Assembly: GCA_004022145.1 (NCBI GenBank)
Contig: RCNU01000003.1
Strand: one strand, 5' to 3'
Origin: Paecilomyces variotii
Lineage: Eukaryota
Length of the DNA: 64,000 nucleotides
Position numbers and translations under genes: made by a program. The notes below the pieces were generated by a model, which had not been told where the DNA came from, made no database searches, and saw only the letters and a program-made list of their open reading frames with translations. Below are positions 12,253-25,500 of the stretch, piece by piece. Numbering within the stretch: position 1 is the first letter of the stretch; every line of letters begins with the position of its first letter.

Positions 12253-13330
12253 AGATAAGTCCATGGTGGCAGATCAGTGGGGAATGCTCTCATTGTTCGC
12301 CTCCCAAGGCTCTGGAACAAACTCTGCACAGCATGGAATCATGGATTCGGGTTCGCAGGCAGCTTGTTTATTTTATCTTATCTTCCCGATCCGCAAACGG
12401 ATCTGAATGGTAATGCAGGTCTTAAGTAAGTTACCTGAGTGAGTGACTGAATAATAATAATAATGAGAGGGCAGTGGCTGTTGCTTATCTGGTCTATCTA
12501 CCTTTCGTGTGTCTCTGTATGTTGACTTTCGGTCCGATCTATCGGCAATTGATATCTGCGTTGCTTCTCCACGGGAGTTTTGCAAGTACGTAGTTATGTA
12601 CAGTAGTCAATACATAACTAATATTAAATGGTAGTCAACAGACGAAGACATGAGTCCAGGTATCAAGTAACATGAACAGCAGGAGGTTATCAGCGCCTCT
12701 AGCACTAGCGGGGGCCACCACGAATTTGAACCGGAGGATTCACCTTGGCCGCATTAGGGAATAGTCGGGAGAAAAAGAATGTAATGAACGAGTTTTGACA
12801 AAAGAGAATTTCTCACGATTGCTTGTCGTTCCTTGCTCTTTCTTATCTCGACGTTGATCGAGCCAATGACAGCGCCCGTACGGGCTGTTACCGTCACGTG
12901 ATATACTGTAACTGATAAGGCCAGGACAGCCCTCAATTGCGCCAATCAGAACCCGTCAAACGCTGCCGTTTCCAGCGCCGCCAAGAAGTATACGCAGATT
13001 ACGGTATTTGCCATACACGATCTTCCCGCCCATGAAACCGGTTGATGGACATTAATTAATAAGGACGACAACACAAGGCCCCATTACGAGAGACTACGCT
13101 TATCTATCTAGACGATGCTCATCCAGATGGATTTTCCCTATCTAAACTTCTGGTATCCGCCCCGTGGAGACGAGCTCGGATCCAGCTCTGCGAGTTCGGA
13201 GTCTGTCTGGGGTTCCCCACGGCCGATGGCTCTTCTATATGAACAGGCATGCGTCCACCGTTGAACAGACGGAGAGATCAGCATTGCATCCTAGCAGCAG
13301 TCCTTGAACCGCAAGTCAGTCTCGGATAAT
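12253..13330. promoter_or_regulatory. GATA (AreA-type) site cluster upstream of the urea transporter
   Basis: HGATAR/YTATCD sites near 12253, 12372, 12378, 12485, 12494, 12688, 12843, 12913, 13100, 13104 and 13138. Confidence 0.5.
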
Positions 13331-13416
13331 TCCATTCGACGGACTACTTGAAGGCCTTACTCCTTGTATCTACAGCGGCGATTCCGCCCATTTGACATCA
13401 GGAGAAAAGAAACACC

Positions 13417-15653
13417 ATGGCCGGCAACGTGGTCGAATTCTCCCCTCCCCTGGGGCAGGGCTTTGGATATGGAATCATTCTAGGTCTGGGATTTGCTTTT
13501 GCCTTCGTGATGATCTTCATCACTTGGGCTCTCAAGCGGTAAGTGCGGACATTGGTCGAGGCATGTCGAAATCCATACTGACACTTGATATTCCAAAGGT
13601 ATCAACACGAAGTGCAAACATCAGAGATGTTCTCCACGGCCGGAAGGTCAGTCAAGTCAGGGTTGGTGGCAGCAGCCGTTGTCAGTAGTTGGACCTGGGC
13701 GGCAACTCTGTTGCAGTCGTCCACGGTGGCATACGAATACGGCGTTTCAGGCCCCTTCTACTACGCAGCAGGTTCGTTTTCCCTGATGTACATACGTATG
13801 TTGAAAGAAATCTCCAGTGCTAACTGGACGACAGGCGCTACGGTTCAGATTATCCTGTTTGCAACACTGGCTATCGAACTGAAGAGACGAGCTCCCAATG
13901 CGCATACATTCCTGGAGGCCGTCCATGCTCGCTATGGAACAATCGTCCACTGCGTCTTCATCGTTTTCTGTCTGATGACCAATATCCTCGTGACAGCCAT
14001 GCTTCTGACAGGTGGATCCGCTGTGCTGACGGCGTTGACGGGAGTCCACACAGCTGCAGGCTGTTTCCTCCTCCCCATCGGTGTCGTCCTCTACACTATC
14101 TTTGGGGGTATTAAGGCCACATTCATTACGGGTAACTAGCACTTCCCCCCGCATCCGGATAATGGTCCATATTTATTTTGGCGGTTCCTACAGACTACAT
14201 ACATACCATCTTCATCGTCGTTATCATTTTCGTTTTCGCGTTTTCCGCCTATGCGACGAACAGTAAGCTGGGGTCCCCGAGTGCTGTCTACGACGCCCTG
14301 GTCGAAGCATCCCGTCTCCATCCAATCGAGGGAAACGCGGAGGGAAGCTACTTGACCATGCGTTCGAAGCAAGGTGGCATTTTCTTCGTCATCAATCTCA
14401 TTGGAAACTTCGGAACTGTGTTCCTCGACAACGGATACTATAACAAGGCCATTGCAGCTAGCCCTGTGCACGCTTTCCCCGGATACATCATTGGTGGTCT
14501 CTGCTGGTTTGCGATCCCATGGCTCTGCGCCACCACTATGGGACTCACCGCTGTTGCATTGGAGGGCACACAGCAAGTCAGCTCACAGGATGTCACTGCT
14601 GGTCTGGTCCTGCCTTTTGCAGCCGTCAAGCTGCTGGGCTACGGCGGAGCAGTGGCCACTACGCTGATGGTGTTCATGGCGGTCACTTCTGCCTTCTCAG
14701 CGCAGCTGATTGCCGTGTCCTCAGTGACCACTTATGATATCTACCAGGCTTACATCAATCCCAAGGCCAAGGGAAAGCAGCTAGTCCTCGTTTCCCACTT
14801 GTCCTGTGTCGTGTATTCTCTAGCCATGGCAGGATTCGCTACAGGTCTGTACTACGCGGGCATCGGTATGGGCTATCTCTACCTCCTGATGGGCGTCATC
14901 ATCTCCGCTGCAGTCTTCCCGGGTGCCATGGCTCTGCTCTGGAAGGGACAGAACTGGATCGCTGCCGCTGCCTCTCCTGTTCTCGGCCTGGGAACTGCCC
15001 TCGGCGCCTGGCTCGGCACTACGCAAAATCTGTACGGTGACCTCAGTGTGGCCAGCACCGGATCGAATTACCCCATGTTGGCAGGCAACGTGGCAGCGCT
15101 GCTCAGCCCGATGATCTACGTCCCGATCCTCACTCTTGTCTTCGGCTCGCAGAATTACGACTACGAGTCTATGCGTGCCATCCGCAAGGTCGACGATACC
15201 GACGTCGCTGCCGCTGCGCATGTCGACATTGAACTCATTCCTGGTGAAGTCGATCACCACACTGCTGCCCAAGAGGCTGAGGAACTACGCCTGCTCAACA
15301 GAGCCGCCAAATGGGCCCGCATCCTCACCGTTTTCATGGCCATCAGTCTTCTTGTCATCTGGCCCATGCCCATGTACGGATCCTCATACGTCTTCAGCAA
15401 GCCCTTCTTCACCGGCTGGGTCGTGGTCGGCATTATCTGGCTCTTCGGTACCTCTTTTGGTGTCATCATCTACCCGCTGTGGGAGGGCCGCTACAGCATA
15501 CAGCGCGTGGTGCGTATGATGTCTCAGGATATCATGGGTAAGAGGCCTACCTATTACGGTGGCCAGGAAGCCGCAGACGAACCTACCACCGGTCAAGTGA
15601 CACCCACAACAACGGAGAAGGTCTCTGGTGATAAGTTCACCGAAGAGAAATAG
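13417..15653 (+). CDS. ureA: Urea active transporter (SSS family, Dur3/UreA)
   Basis: [25 protein letters not shown]..., [71 protein letters not shown]; many TM segments; three introns. Confidence 0.95.
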
Positions 15654-18600
15654 ATTATTATATCCAGATGATTCCCATGCATGTACATACGTTTCTGTTT
15701 TACCTTTGTTTTTATTTGTCTTTATAGGTATATATATCCTTGGACGGGAGCCGAATACTCAGGCTAATGATGAATATTTTGATGATCCAATATTTTGTGC
15801 GTCCTTCCTTGTGGTGTCGAGGAAGCCTCTGCTCTACACAATACTTAGTAGTTAATTGTTCTTTGGAAAGATCTAATCTCTGATAATTTCTAGAGTTCGG
15901 ATACTTCATACCCTTTACTTTTTATAGAAATAAATCGAGTATACTAATAGAAATGAATATGAATTTATCATCAATTTCAACCCCGCTCTAGTCATTAGGA
16001 GGCGATGATACTGCATGAAAAGCCCACACTTAGATAATCCATGATGAATGAATGTATGTTGCCGTCACAGCAAAAGCCTGCAGTTATCAACAACAATAAA
16101 GATAAGTAAGTCCACTTCAAGCAAAGTATGTAAACTATACAACTAGCTCAGTATAGGTAATTTCCAACAACCCTTCTTTCTGAATGATCTAACTTATAGT
16201 AAGTAAGTGAAGATATAGGGATTCCACGTAGGGTTTTGGTATAATCTACTAAGAAAAAGTTCAAATAAGAAAAAAAACAACAATAGTGTAGATTTAATCT
16301 ACGCTATCTATATTGTAGTATGACATATGGCAATTTTGTAACAAATATATGTACATTGGAAAAGAAGGGCTGCAACCCCCGCGATAGTGACAGGCCACGG
16401 CTTAGGTGGCAGAGAATCAAAAAAGAAAATACAGAAAAAAAATTCCTATCATACGATATGCTACAAATCCCTAGGAAGAGACGGTTAAAGATAAATGCGG
16501 CAGTTCTCGGTTGTCCAGACAGCTGGATTCTGACTAAGGTCAAATGGTAACTAAAATGATACTTAACTATGTCTCGGTGGTGGAATCTGTATCCCAATTG
16601 CAGATGAATGTCTTGTCTCGACAGTAGGATCTGTTTTCTTAAAATCTATAAGTTATCATCACCTATTATTACCTAGCTTTAGAACAATTTGAAAAACTTA
16701 ACTACTTACCAATTATATTTATAAGCGAGCCAGATGAGAACAACTTTTTTTTTCCATGGCGCGAATTCAGGTGAAATCGGCCAAGCGTAAGATAAAGCTC
16801 CCACGAGGGATAGTTCCTCCTGGTGCCACAAGACCAGGCTTTTTCTTTGAGCATGATTGATGACTCTGAAGATGGTGTGATCTTGGCGCTTGTGAGATCT
16901 AGAAGATGGGGTCTGGCCGTTTCTGAGGGGTTAACAACGTGTAGTTAGGTAGATCGGTGATTCTTTTACTTTCCCGACTCGTTGCGCACTGGTCTTGACG
17001 ATGGATGAGGGGGCGGATTTAGATGAAGCAAACAGACCACTAGTTAGGCGGCGGAGTGAAGATTCGAAATAAAGCTACTACCACACTGCCAATGGATGAA
17101 CAGAGAAATGAAGAAATAAACCAGAGAGGGCAGATTTCGATGACTGAGTTGAGAAACGATGCGTCGCAGCTCAGGTCGACTGGAAAAGTTGCTAGGAACC
17201 AAGTTTGAACATATATGGTGAAAATCGACTTCACTTCTGCCTACTTAAGTATGCCGTGCTTAACCTTGGAACCAAAGAGCCCTAATAATAGCCAACTGCA
17301 TCGGAGAAGTACCAGCAGAAGATAGGTAGTCAAGTCCAATAATACCTAGTTACCTGTAACGCCCAAGTTAACTAATCCTTAAAGTTTTTTCCATTTCTAC
17401 TCGAAAGTTTGAACCCATCCATTCACATTATTATATTGCAGTTTCAGAGCTCTACTGTAGAGAAACCATGCCCTTTCCAAATGAGTATTATTTTGGGAAA
17501 TACTAAAACAATTTCATCTTGTCTGCATTGTGTAAAAGTCAAGAGTTATTACCGGAAACTGGACCTTAAGTATAGGGCTTAGATCTAAATTTTTGTATTA
17601 GTTAGTTCTACCTGGGTAAGGTACCTAGACATGATAGATTCAAAAGTAAACAAAACAAATCATTAGACGATCCTGGGGAGAGCTTTCCCATAGAATTATC
17701 ATTGTCATATTCTTGAAGCTGCTTAAGTTTATATCATCGTGGGCTTAAAAATGTGGTTTTATAAGGTATGGAATCTCAAGACAGGTTCCCGTTCCAACAA
17801 TTGCTATAGCAGGCCGATCGCTTAGACCTATCTTAGACGCCCGGAGCCGATCTGGATTCTGCAATCCAGAGTTTAAGCGCAGGGGTTTCATATATTAAGA
17901 TCTTGCATGTCACCATGATTAGCACCAGCAATGCCGTGAGGAGACCCAAGGTTCCCTAGGTGGACAAACACAAGATGGGTCTATTTTAGAGAAAGATTGT
18001 TCCCGAATCTTGTTGACCCAATCAATTATTACTTACATGCAGGATATGGTTTATGAGCAATTATACCGATACGACTTTGCTGTGACAGAATTTCGTCAAC
18101 GGAGTATGCATGCTAGACATTTTCGTCCCTCGGATGAACAACACGGACGGTTCGAACAGCGGGAGGAGTTATCTTATAGAAACGGGCAATCACTACAGCT
18201 AAGCAGGATCATCTATGCGATAGGAAGCGTCTTCTCCATTCCAGCGTATGTCGCAAAAAAGTATTGTACAGTACAAGAACACATTCAGATTGCATCTCCC
18301 TGGACCATGCTTTCCCCACGCCGAAAAAGAGTTCAAGTAGTAATCCACGGAAAATTTTCCCAGTTAGTCGACCGGCATCAAGGAGTAACGGATTTCATGT
18401 GGCTAACAAGGCCTCGTTTGATACCCATGCTGCAGATAGGTGGCAAACGCCCGATGAAGCCAGGATAAAGTAGGGAAAAGGATCGCTGCCGCTACCAGGT
18501 CAAAGCTGGAGTTGGAGCTGCAGCCGAGTCGGAACGAATTAGGAGTAAATTGATAGGGTATAAAAAGTTCGTAGTTGGACGAATTCAAGTCTTTGCCGGT

Positions 18601-18745
18601 GCATCACATCTGGTTGCTCGTAGAATTGGCCGAGTTGTGGATTGGGTCATATAGCTTTGCGCCATCGTAGCGACATCTTCGCAACCATCCATGTTTCGAT
18701 CCCAATCTACCAAGCGGCCCGACTAATTGCGGCTGTAAGGTAGGT

Positions 18746-19309
18746 TTACGAAGAGAACTTGCGAGTGATCTTCGCGATGACTAGAACACGCAAACAATAT
18801 TAGCATTCCAAAGCGTGTATCTCAAGGTCCAGTCTACTCACCGTGTAGTCCAACAACTGAGAAGATGAATCCGAGACTCAGAACCAACACCACGACCGGG
18901 TCAACCTTCAGACCGGGGCTCTCGTCGGTGTAGAGCTTCAGCATCGTACCGGAGGAGCCACCGGCACCAGCAGAACGGGTCGAAGTAGGGCGCGCATTGC
19001 GCAGAGACTCCTTGTGGTCAGCAGCCGCGCGACGACGCAGAGCAGTGCGTGGTCCACCAGGAGGCGTTGGGGATGACGGGCGGTTCAGGGCAGAGCTGCC
19101 AGAGACGGGGGCATTGGCAGACTTGGACTCAGGACCAGACTCAGCGCCTGAGGTTAGGGGGGAGGCAGGGCGAGGAGAAGCCTAGGATGAGTTGGAATTA
19201 GCCATTGGAAACAAAAACAAAATGAGCACAGTTCCTCAATTGACAAGCAATCGATTGTGAAGCGAAGCTCGAGCGTGTTGACGGACAGCACAAGGGCGGA
19301 ACTCACCAT
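18746..19309 (-). CDS. SBH1: Translocon subunit Sec61-beta (Sbh1); first coding exon is only the ATG
   Basis: ATG 19309-19307, intron 19306-19182, then ASPRPASP...[43 protein letters not shown], an intron, then [11 protein letters not shown]. Confidence 0.93.
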
Positions 19310-19538
19310 TGTGAAAAGGATTAGACCAGAAAAGAAAGACAAGGAACGACCAGCAAAGAAACAAGCTTGAATCCGAATAAGAAGGTAGATGCAAAGAAAA
19401 AGCGGCGGAGGATGGGATGGGAGGTTAAGGCGAAGATGGTCGATGGAGGTGAGGTCGGGGTTGCTGGAAAGAGGCCACGATCACGCTTCCCGCTGGTCGG
19501 TAATTACCGTCATGTAATTACGCGGTCCGACCAGTTAA

Positions 19539-20387
19539 TTACTCCTCGTCATAAAAGCCTTGTGCGTTCCATATTCTCTTCGCCAGGCCCTTCAACTCCT
19601 CGTCACCCAGTATAATATCCTTCTCTTTCGGACAATCCGGGGCGCGCAGGAATAGTTTCTCGAATTCGATGACTAGCGGGCCATCGTCAACCTTGATGGG
19701 TTGATTAGAATTTTTGTATACAACAACAGATGAATGCCTGTGTGGTTGCTCATTGCTGCCTCTTCCCCATTTCTCTAGTGTGATCTTTGGACCTTGACGA
19801 TCAACTCTCAAGATCACTACTATTTGAACGTCTCCGTCACCCTGGCGGAGCCACCATCTCACGTCGCTCATTGCTTTGCTTGCTGATTCCGATACTGCCA
19901 CCTCTACTACCACAGTAGGCCATTCTTTGGACCGGCCTGGAGGGGGTCTTGTTGGTCGCCATTGGCAGTCTGGCTGTTTTCCTCCATCATAGCCACGGTG
20001 TCCTGCGGATCCGCTTCCTGTCACTTTCGATTCGAGTCCCATATGTGCAAGGGCTAAGGTCATTTTAGCCTCAAAACCACTAGCTGCTGCCCCGTGTTCA
20101 CTGGAAATCGGCATCTTGGTTAGTAGGAGCTGGTTTGTTTTATCGTAGGAGTTCCAGCTTTTTCGGATGATCTTGTCTGGTGAGTTGAGGAAGTCGCGCG
20201 TGAACGTCTCCTCGTCTACATCAGTAAACAACACCCATTCACTGTCTTGAGCCTTCCATTGCATCTCCCAAATGTCCCAGAATTGTTGTGTTCCCCGGAA
20301 GGCATATCTTTTGGGCGCACATTCCATATCTAAGAAGCCACTGTTACAGTGGTTCATATCAGCCTCACAATGTGTATTGGACGACAT
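19539..20387 (-). CDS. Intronless PD-(D/E)xK (Uma2-like, restriction-endonuclease-fold) protein
   Basis: ORF of about 282 aa from the first ATG. Contains MP..EH, KQPDCQWRP, WPTVVVEVAVSES and DVRWWL, as in the fungal expanded REase-like family. Confidence 0.75.
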   Translation of the reverse strand: MSSNTHCEADMNHCNSGFLDMECAPKRYAFRGTQQFWDIWEMQWKAQDSEWVLFTDVDEETFTRDFLNSPDKIIRKSWNSYDKTNQLLLTKMPISSEHGAAASGFEAKMTLALAHMGLESKVTGSGSAGHRGYDGGKQPDCQWRPTRPPPGRSKEWPTVVVEVAVSESASKAMSDVRWWLRQGDGDVQIVVILRVDRQGPKITLEKWGRGSNEQPHRHSSVVVYKNSNQPIKVDDGPLVIEFEKLFLRAPDCPKEKDIILGDEELKGLAKRIWNAQGFYDEE

Positions 20388-21377
20388 ATTGGCTGCAGCT
20401 GGACAAGACAAATTTTTTGCTAACTGTGAGAGATAAGTGATTACTAGGTAGATAATGGATTTATTCTACAAGTCGAAAGCTATAGTGAGTTGCACCTGAC
20501 GTCAGGATGAGTCGTCCCTGGACGTCGTGGGCGTTCTGATGAGGCATTGGTGTATTGATCCTCGTTATTACAGAGATCTGGTTATGCGTGTATAAAGAAA
20601 CTTTGTTGGGATACTTCTAATCACCGGCCCTTGCAATGGATATCCACTGAAAATTGAAATCATCATTCAAGCATCAAAAGGCTCCGTTATATCGTTATAG
20701 CGGTATACACATGGCTTGCTTCATTTACCGATCCCGTCTGATCTCCATTGAGTATCGAGAAAGAGACACTCTCCCGCGTCAATTCTCGGCATATAATGTA
20801 AGATGACAGGTCTCAAATTACCATAGAGAGATGTCCACTAAATCTCCACTAAGATCGAAGATCCCTGCGTCCTGGGGTTCTGTTTTGATGAGTAAATAAT
20901 ATGTAGAATGTAGTCCATAGTCACAAAAATGTAAAAGATAAAAGACCTCTGAGGCCAATTCAAGTAGTCTACTGTGCACAATCATAGGATGTCCAGTTGC
21001 GGCCAACGGCCAAGATAAATACTCCAAGGGGAATCTCAGCTTCAGCACAATATCAACGCCAGAAGTATCCCCCCGCGGGACAGGAACCAATCGACAAGAA
21101 AATTTGAACACCATAGAAGGAAAAAGAAACCATAACAGAGATCGTGACAAAGGGAATGGACAGGGAAGATAAAGGAGGTATCATGCTGGTGATCCTTCGA
21201 CGCGTCCCAAATCCGGCATCCAAAACGTGTCCATACATTCGGTAACTCGATCAAGATGCAAGTATTATAGTCCGTGCACGGCTGGTGCACGAGTCATGAG
21301 AATCGAACGTCTTTTTTTCGTTTTTTTTTTTCCCGTATTTTTCTTTTGTTCTTTCGTCTGCCGCCGCCAGAAACACC

Positions 21378-22570
21378 TCAGTCGATCATCATCCGAGTAG
21401 GCACCTTGCCGCCCTGCATATTCACAGAGAGCTCAGTAATCTTCTCTTCCTCACTAAGCACCTTTCTCCGAGTGATATGCGGCTTCAGGCCCTTGTGGAA
21501 GTTGAGGGTGCACATGATGGCGTTGAAAATAGTGGCGACAATCAGAGCGAGCGTGATGACCGCAAAGAAGGTGAGAGACCGTCGAGCAGGAAGGTACTCC
21601 CGATATTGGGATGGCTGGTACATGCGCACCAGCTTGAACATGAAGTAGGCCAAGGCACCGTGATAGAGAACCTTGACGATCGTTAGTAGGAATGTACACA
21701 ATCGATATCAGAAGGATAAACACGTACAATAACAAACAGCATCCCCCAGATGCTCTCTCGACGTGTGAAAAAGGCGGCAAATAGTAGAATAACAATCGTC
21801 ACAGGGATGGCGGCAAGGGTAAGTGCAAACTCGACGTCCGTCTTGCCAGTCACAATGACCACGAATTGCACGGTGAAACCGAGGAAGAAGAAGAAGTCGA
21901 ATTTGAGGAGTGCGATGTAGATCTGGGAACCTCGTCAGCTTAGATTGTCCTCCCCATCGCCGACCGTCGAAATCTCACCTGGTACGTCAGGTATCGACGC
22001 TTCATGCGTAGGTCGGCGCTGATATGCTTGTAGATTGACCACGCAAACTCATCATAGAGTTTCCATGCGATGAATCCCATGAGGGCTGACCCTAAGCCCA
22101 CGACGCAGGGGATGACAATGAGGAAGGGCATTGTCTCCGCCCAAATGTCCTCATCAATCGCATTGTTGACCATCAGGACATCGACCGCATCTTTGATCTG
22201 CTCCATCTGGACCGCTCCATATATCAAAAGTCCCACATTGCAGATACAGATCCCAATGACCTGAATCGTGTTCTTAAGTCGCAAGGCATCGTAGACCAAA
22301 ACCAGCTCGTATACGAAGCCGAAAATGTACAACGTCAGGAAAGTAGGAATGGTTTTTGACGAACTGACATCTTCTGCGGAGGGATTCAGCTGCGTCTGGA
22401 AATTCGCGAAAACGTAACTGCCGGAAGTGTCAGTCGAATTCGTTCTTTTTTTTTCCCTTTGATTTGATGTCACCGGCTGATACTTACGACTCCAGAGCCA
22501 ACGTGACGATCGCCTGGACCGTCGATACTACCACAAATGTCCACGTCCAGCGTGAGTTGGGTACGTACAT
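21378..22570 (-). CDS. Conserved fungal multi-pass membrane protein (UPF0658-like)
   Basis: MYVPNSRWTWTF..., YELVLVYDALRLKNTIQVIG, KLYDEFAWSIYKHISADLRMKRRY, ALLKFDFFFFLGFTVQF, NFHKGLK; three introns. Confidence 0.85.
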
Positions 22571-25500
22571 CTTCGGCGCAGGGTCGTCGGATGAGACGTT
22601 TTGATAGCCTTCCCTCGCACGGAAGCCTCCAGAGACTCTTAAGGAGGGATCAAGTCGCCCCCCCAAGCGAGAGGAGCGATGCTTTTGGGAATGAATTTTG
22701 GCGAACTGCTCCGTCACGGAGCTCGGCGACTCGGGTGAAATCAGCTGAAAGGGTTGTTATGAAAGATTTCCCACCAGACGGTGGGAACAGCGCTGGAGCG
22801 TTGGACGGTGCAGCAGGACTGTTGGTCGCCAACGCTCGAGACACTAGACTGGTCAGGAGGTCAAGTGTTCCAGCGTCGAGAAAGAATGCTTGTCTTCCCC
22901 AGCAGCAGGACGTCAAGAAAAACGAAGGGCTGGACGGTGACCAGTCCGGGGGTACACCCTCAAGCGTCTGCAACCAATCCGGAGAGGGGAACGGTAGGAC
23001 AGAGGAATCTTTTGGGAAGTATCACGTCGGATCGAGGGGAGGCAGACTGTGAGCAGCGATGTTGCCAAGCGGAATGAAACGTCGAATGTAGGGCGGGGAG
23101 GGGGTTGGTTCTTCAGGGTGCGATGTGTCGGGGGGAATTCGAAGGCAACCGCCCGCCACGGGGATTTGTGTACTGTTAACGAGCGGACGATATACGGTGT
23201 CGAGGAATGCGGACGGATGAGAATAACGAGGTTCTCTCCGATGAGAAAGGTAGCGACTGAGCAGATCGAAGGGTTGCAGGCCTGACAAAGAGGTGTGAGA
23301 GAAGGAGAGGAAAATGCTACTGGGCCAGGCGACCACTTTTGCAACAGGCGGTTGCTACGACTATTCTTAGTCTAGTTAATCAGACTGACTACGAGTGCTA
23401 ATCATCTTCTCGACTCCCGCACAGAAGAAGAATTATTAGAATAGAGCTCTTTGGCGTCCGGGGTGTTCCTGTGAATACGGTAAACGGGTCCAACAACAAC
23501 AGCGCAAAATGGCGCTGACAGGCTGGCCATACCGTTTATACGATAGCCCTGCGCGTTCGAGCCATTTCCGCTAGTATCTAGGATGTTGACGGCGGAGCCC
23601 AGCAGTGTCTTTTTCGCATGATGATTCGCAATCTCCAACCGCGCTTCTGACGGCCGTCGTACGCGCGGTGGGTCGCCAGTCCGTGGTTGAATCCAGGTAC
23701 ACAAGCATTCATTCTCGGGTCTGGATGGGGATAGTATTATTATTATTATCGTGAGCCTCGTCGACCTGCCCATATTCCCGAGAGGCTAGAACGTTCACAG
23801 TCTCAGGTTCAAGTCCACAGTAGTAGACTACTCTGGAAAAGGGACTCTCAGGCTCTAGACGCCTTGGCTGGGTCAGCTTGGCATCCTCGTCCTGGAAAAG
23901 GGTCATCAATTAACTTATTATTATTATTATTGTGATCGTTCCGGTTAAGTGCCTCTCCAAACAATCGATCTGTTATTCGTGCCACTAATCCTCTCCCAGC
24001 TTTGGGGGGGCTCCTGCAGCACTGCGGCAGTTCCCCGACTTGGCCCAGCTACTGTAGTTAGTAGTTAACGTGTCCCCTGTCCCTTTTTTGTCGTGGATCC
24101 CAACAGGTTGAACACCAACGATGATCGATTTCTCGAAGACTGCAGCCCTGTCACGCCCAGCGCGCAGTCATACCAATCTGGCTAAACAATAACTTAACAA
24201 CAAGATGATAAGTATTCATAGAGTACAGTATGCCCTCTCAACGACGTCCATAGGCCGGATGGACCGAGAACCGAGGAAGGCTGGTTTCAGTTCGAACCGG
24301 GTCGGCTCTGTCGGCTGATGGGCGTTTTTTCTCCACCCCGCGATCCATCCAGGCGGTGTGACTTGGGCAAATGACAATCATCATGGATGTTCTGCTACAG
24401 TACAGTACATTGCCATTATTATTTTATTAGTATTATTTTATTATTCTTAATCTTATTATTATTATTATTACTATGGTGAATTATTATTAGTCCGCCAGTA
24501 TTACCACTAAATATAGTTACTGTCATACAATACTACGCTCTTTAGCCAGGCACCGCATGTGGCCGTGCATCGTTCACAGCCACGGTCATCCCGGCTGTCT
24601 CATGGTGGACATGGACATGGATAGTACCATAGTGAGCCCCTCCTCTCCTCGTCTCAGACAAGTTGTTCACCTTCTGGGTCTTCATGCAACAACGCCACGC
24701 CCAGCACCGCCTCCGACGGTCAATGCAGCCCCCTCTATCTATGGTAATCCCCCGAGGCGCACTCCCGAGATCTCCAGGATACCAATCTGCCTGAGATCAA
24801 CGCTCGACATTACAGGAAACGATCGATGGATGTACACAGCCGAGAGATTGCGCCGCGTCATAATGGGAACATTCCTCGAGCACGTCATTTATCTCATCTT
24901 CCTACTACCTCTTCCATTATCTGCATGTAAAAAGAAAAATGACACAAGAAAAACAAAAGGACAAGAAACCAAAGAGTCTGGGCAAAACGCGCTCAGACAA
25001 TGGTTCTGCCCCGTTCTGTCGGACTTTGACGGTCATCTATGCGAGACTATCCGCCCTTTTCAATTACTGTACGAGGCAACGACCCCTGGTTCATCTGGGG
25101 GCATCCAGCTGAGATTCTGCTGCTGCTATTTCCTCCATTCCCTGATGTAATGCTTCTCTGATAGTTAATTCATTGATGCAAAAACAGCAAGAAATAGAGT
25201 ATGTATACCCTCCTCAGCCCCCCCCTTTCAGCATTCCGATCAAGGCAAGGTGTCTGAACAGCGCTGTTCGAGAATTTCTCCTTGTGGTTCCTCACATCGG
25301 ATCAATCTATGCTTGACCGCCAGAAGCGCCGTGCAATTAGTGGAAAAAGAAGAAGAGAAAGACTGTTGACCGTCTCGTGTCTCGATAGAGTTTGCGGGAC
25401 TATGTAACAGAACCAGTTCGTGCTCAGACACTTAATGCTTAACTAGTCTGTACCCTATGGGCCAAGCTATCTTGTTCTCTTCCCCTCATACAGCCAGAAA

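Noticed and set aside
22537-23344. Several overlapping ORFs upstream of the UPF0658-like gene
   Set aside because: GC-rich leader or promoter sequence with ORFs on both strands and no motifs.
24253-24308. tRNA-like GGCCGGA...GTTCGAACC...TCGGCT
   Set aside because: Too short, the T-stem pairs poorly and there is no anticodon arm.
24557-25150. 197-aa ORF
   Set aside because: No recognisable motif and includes A-rich low-complexity sequence; cannot be supported.
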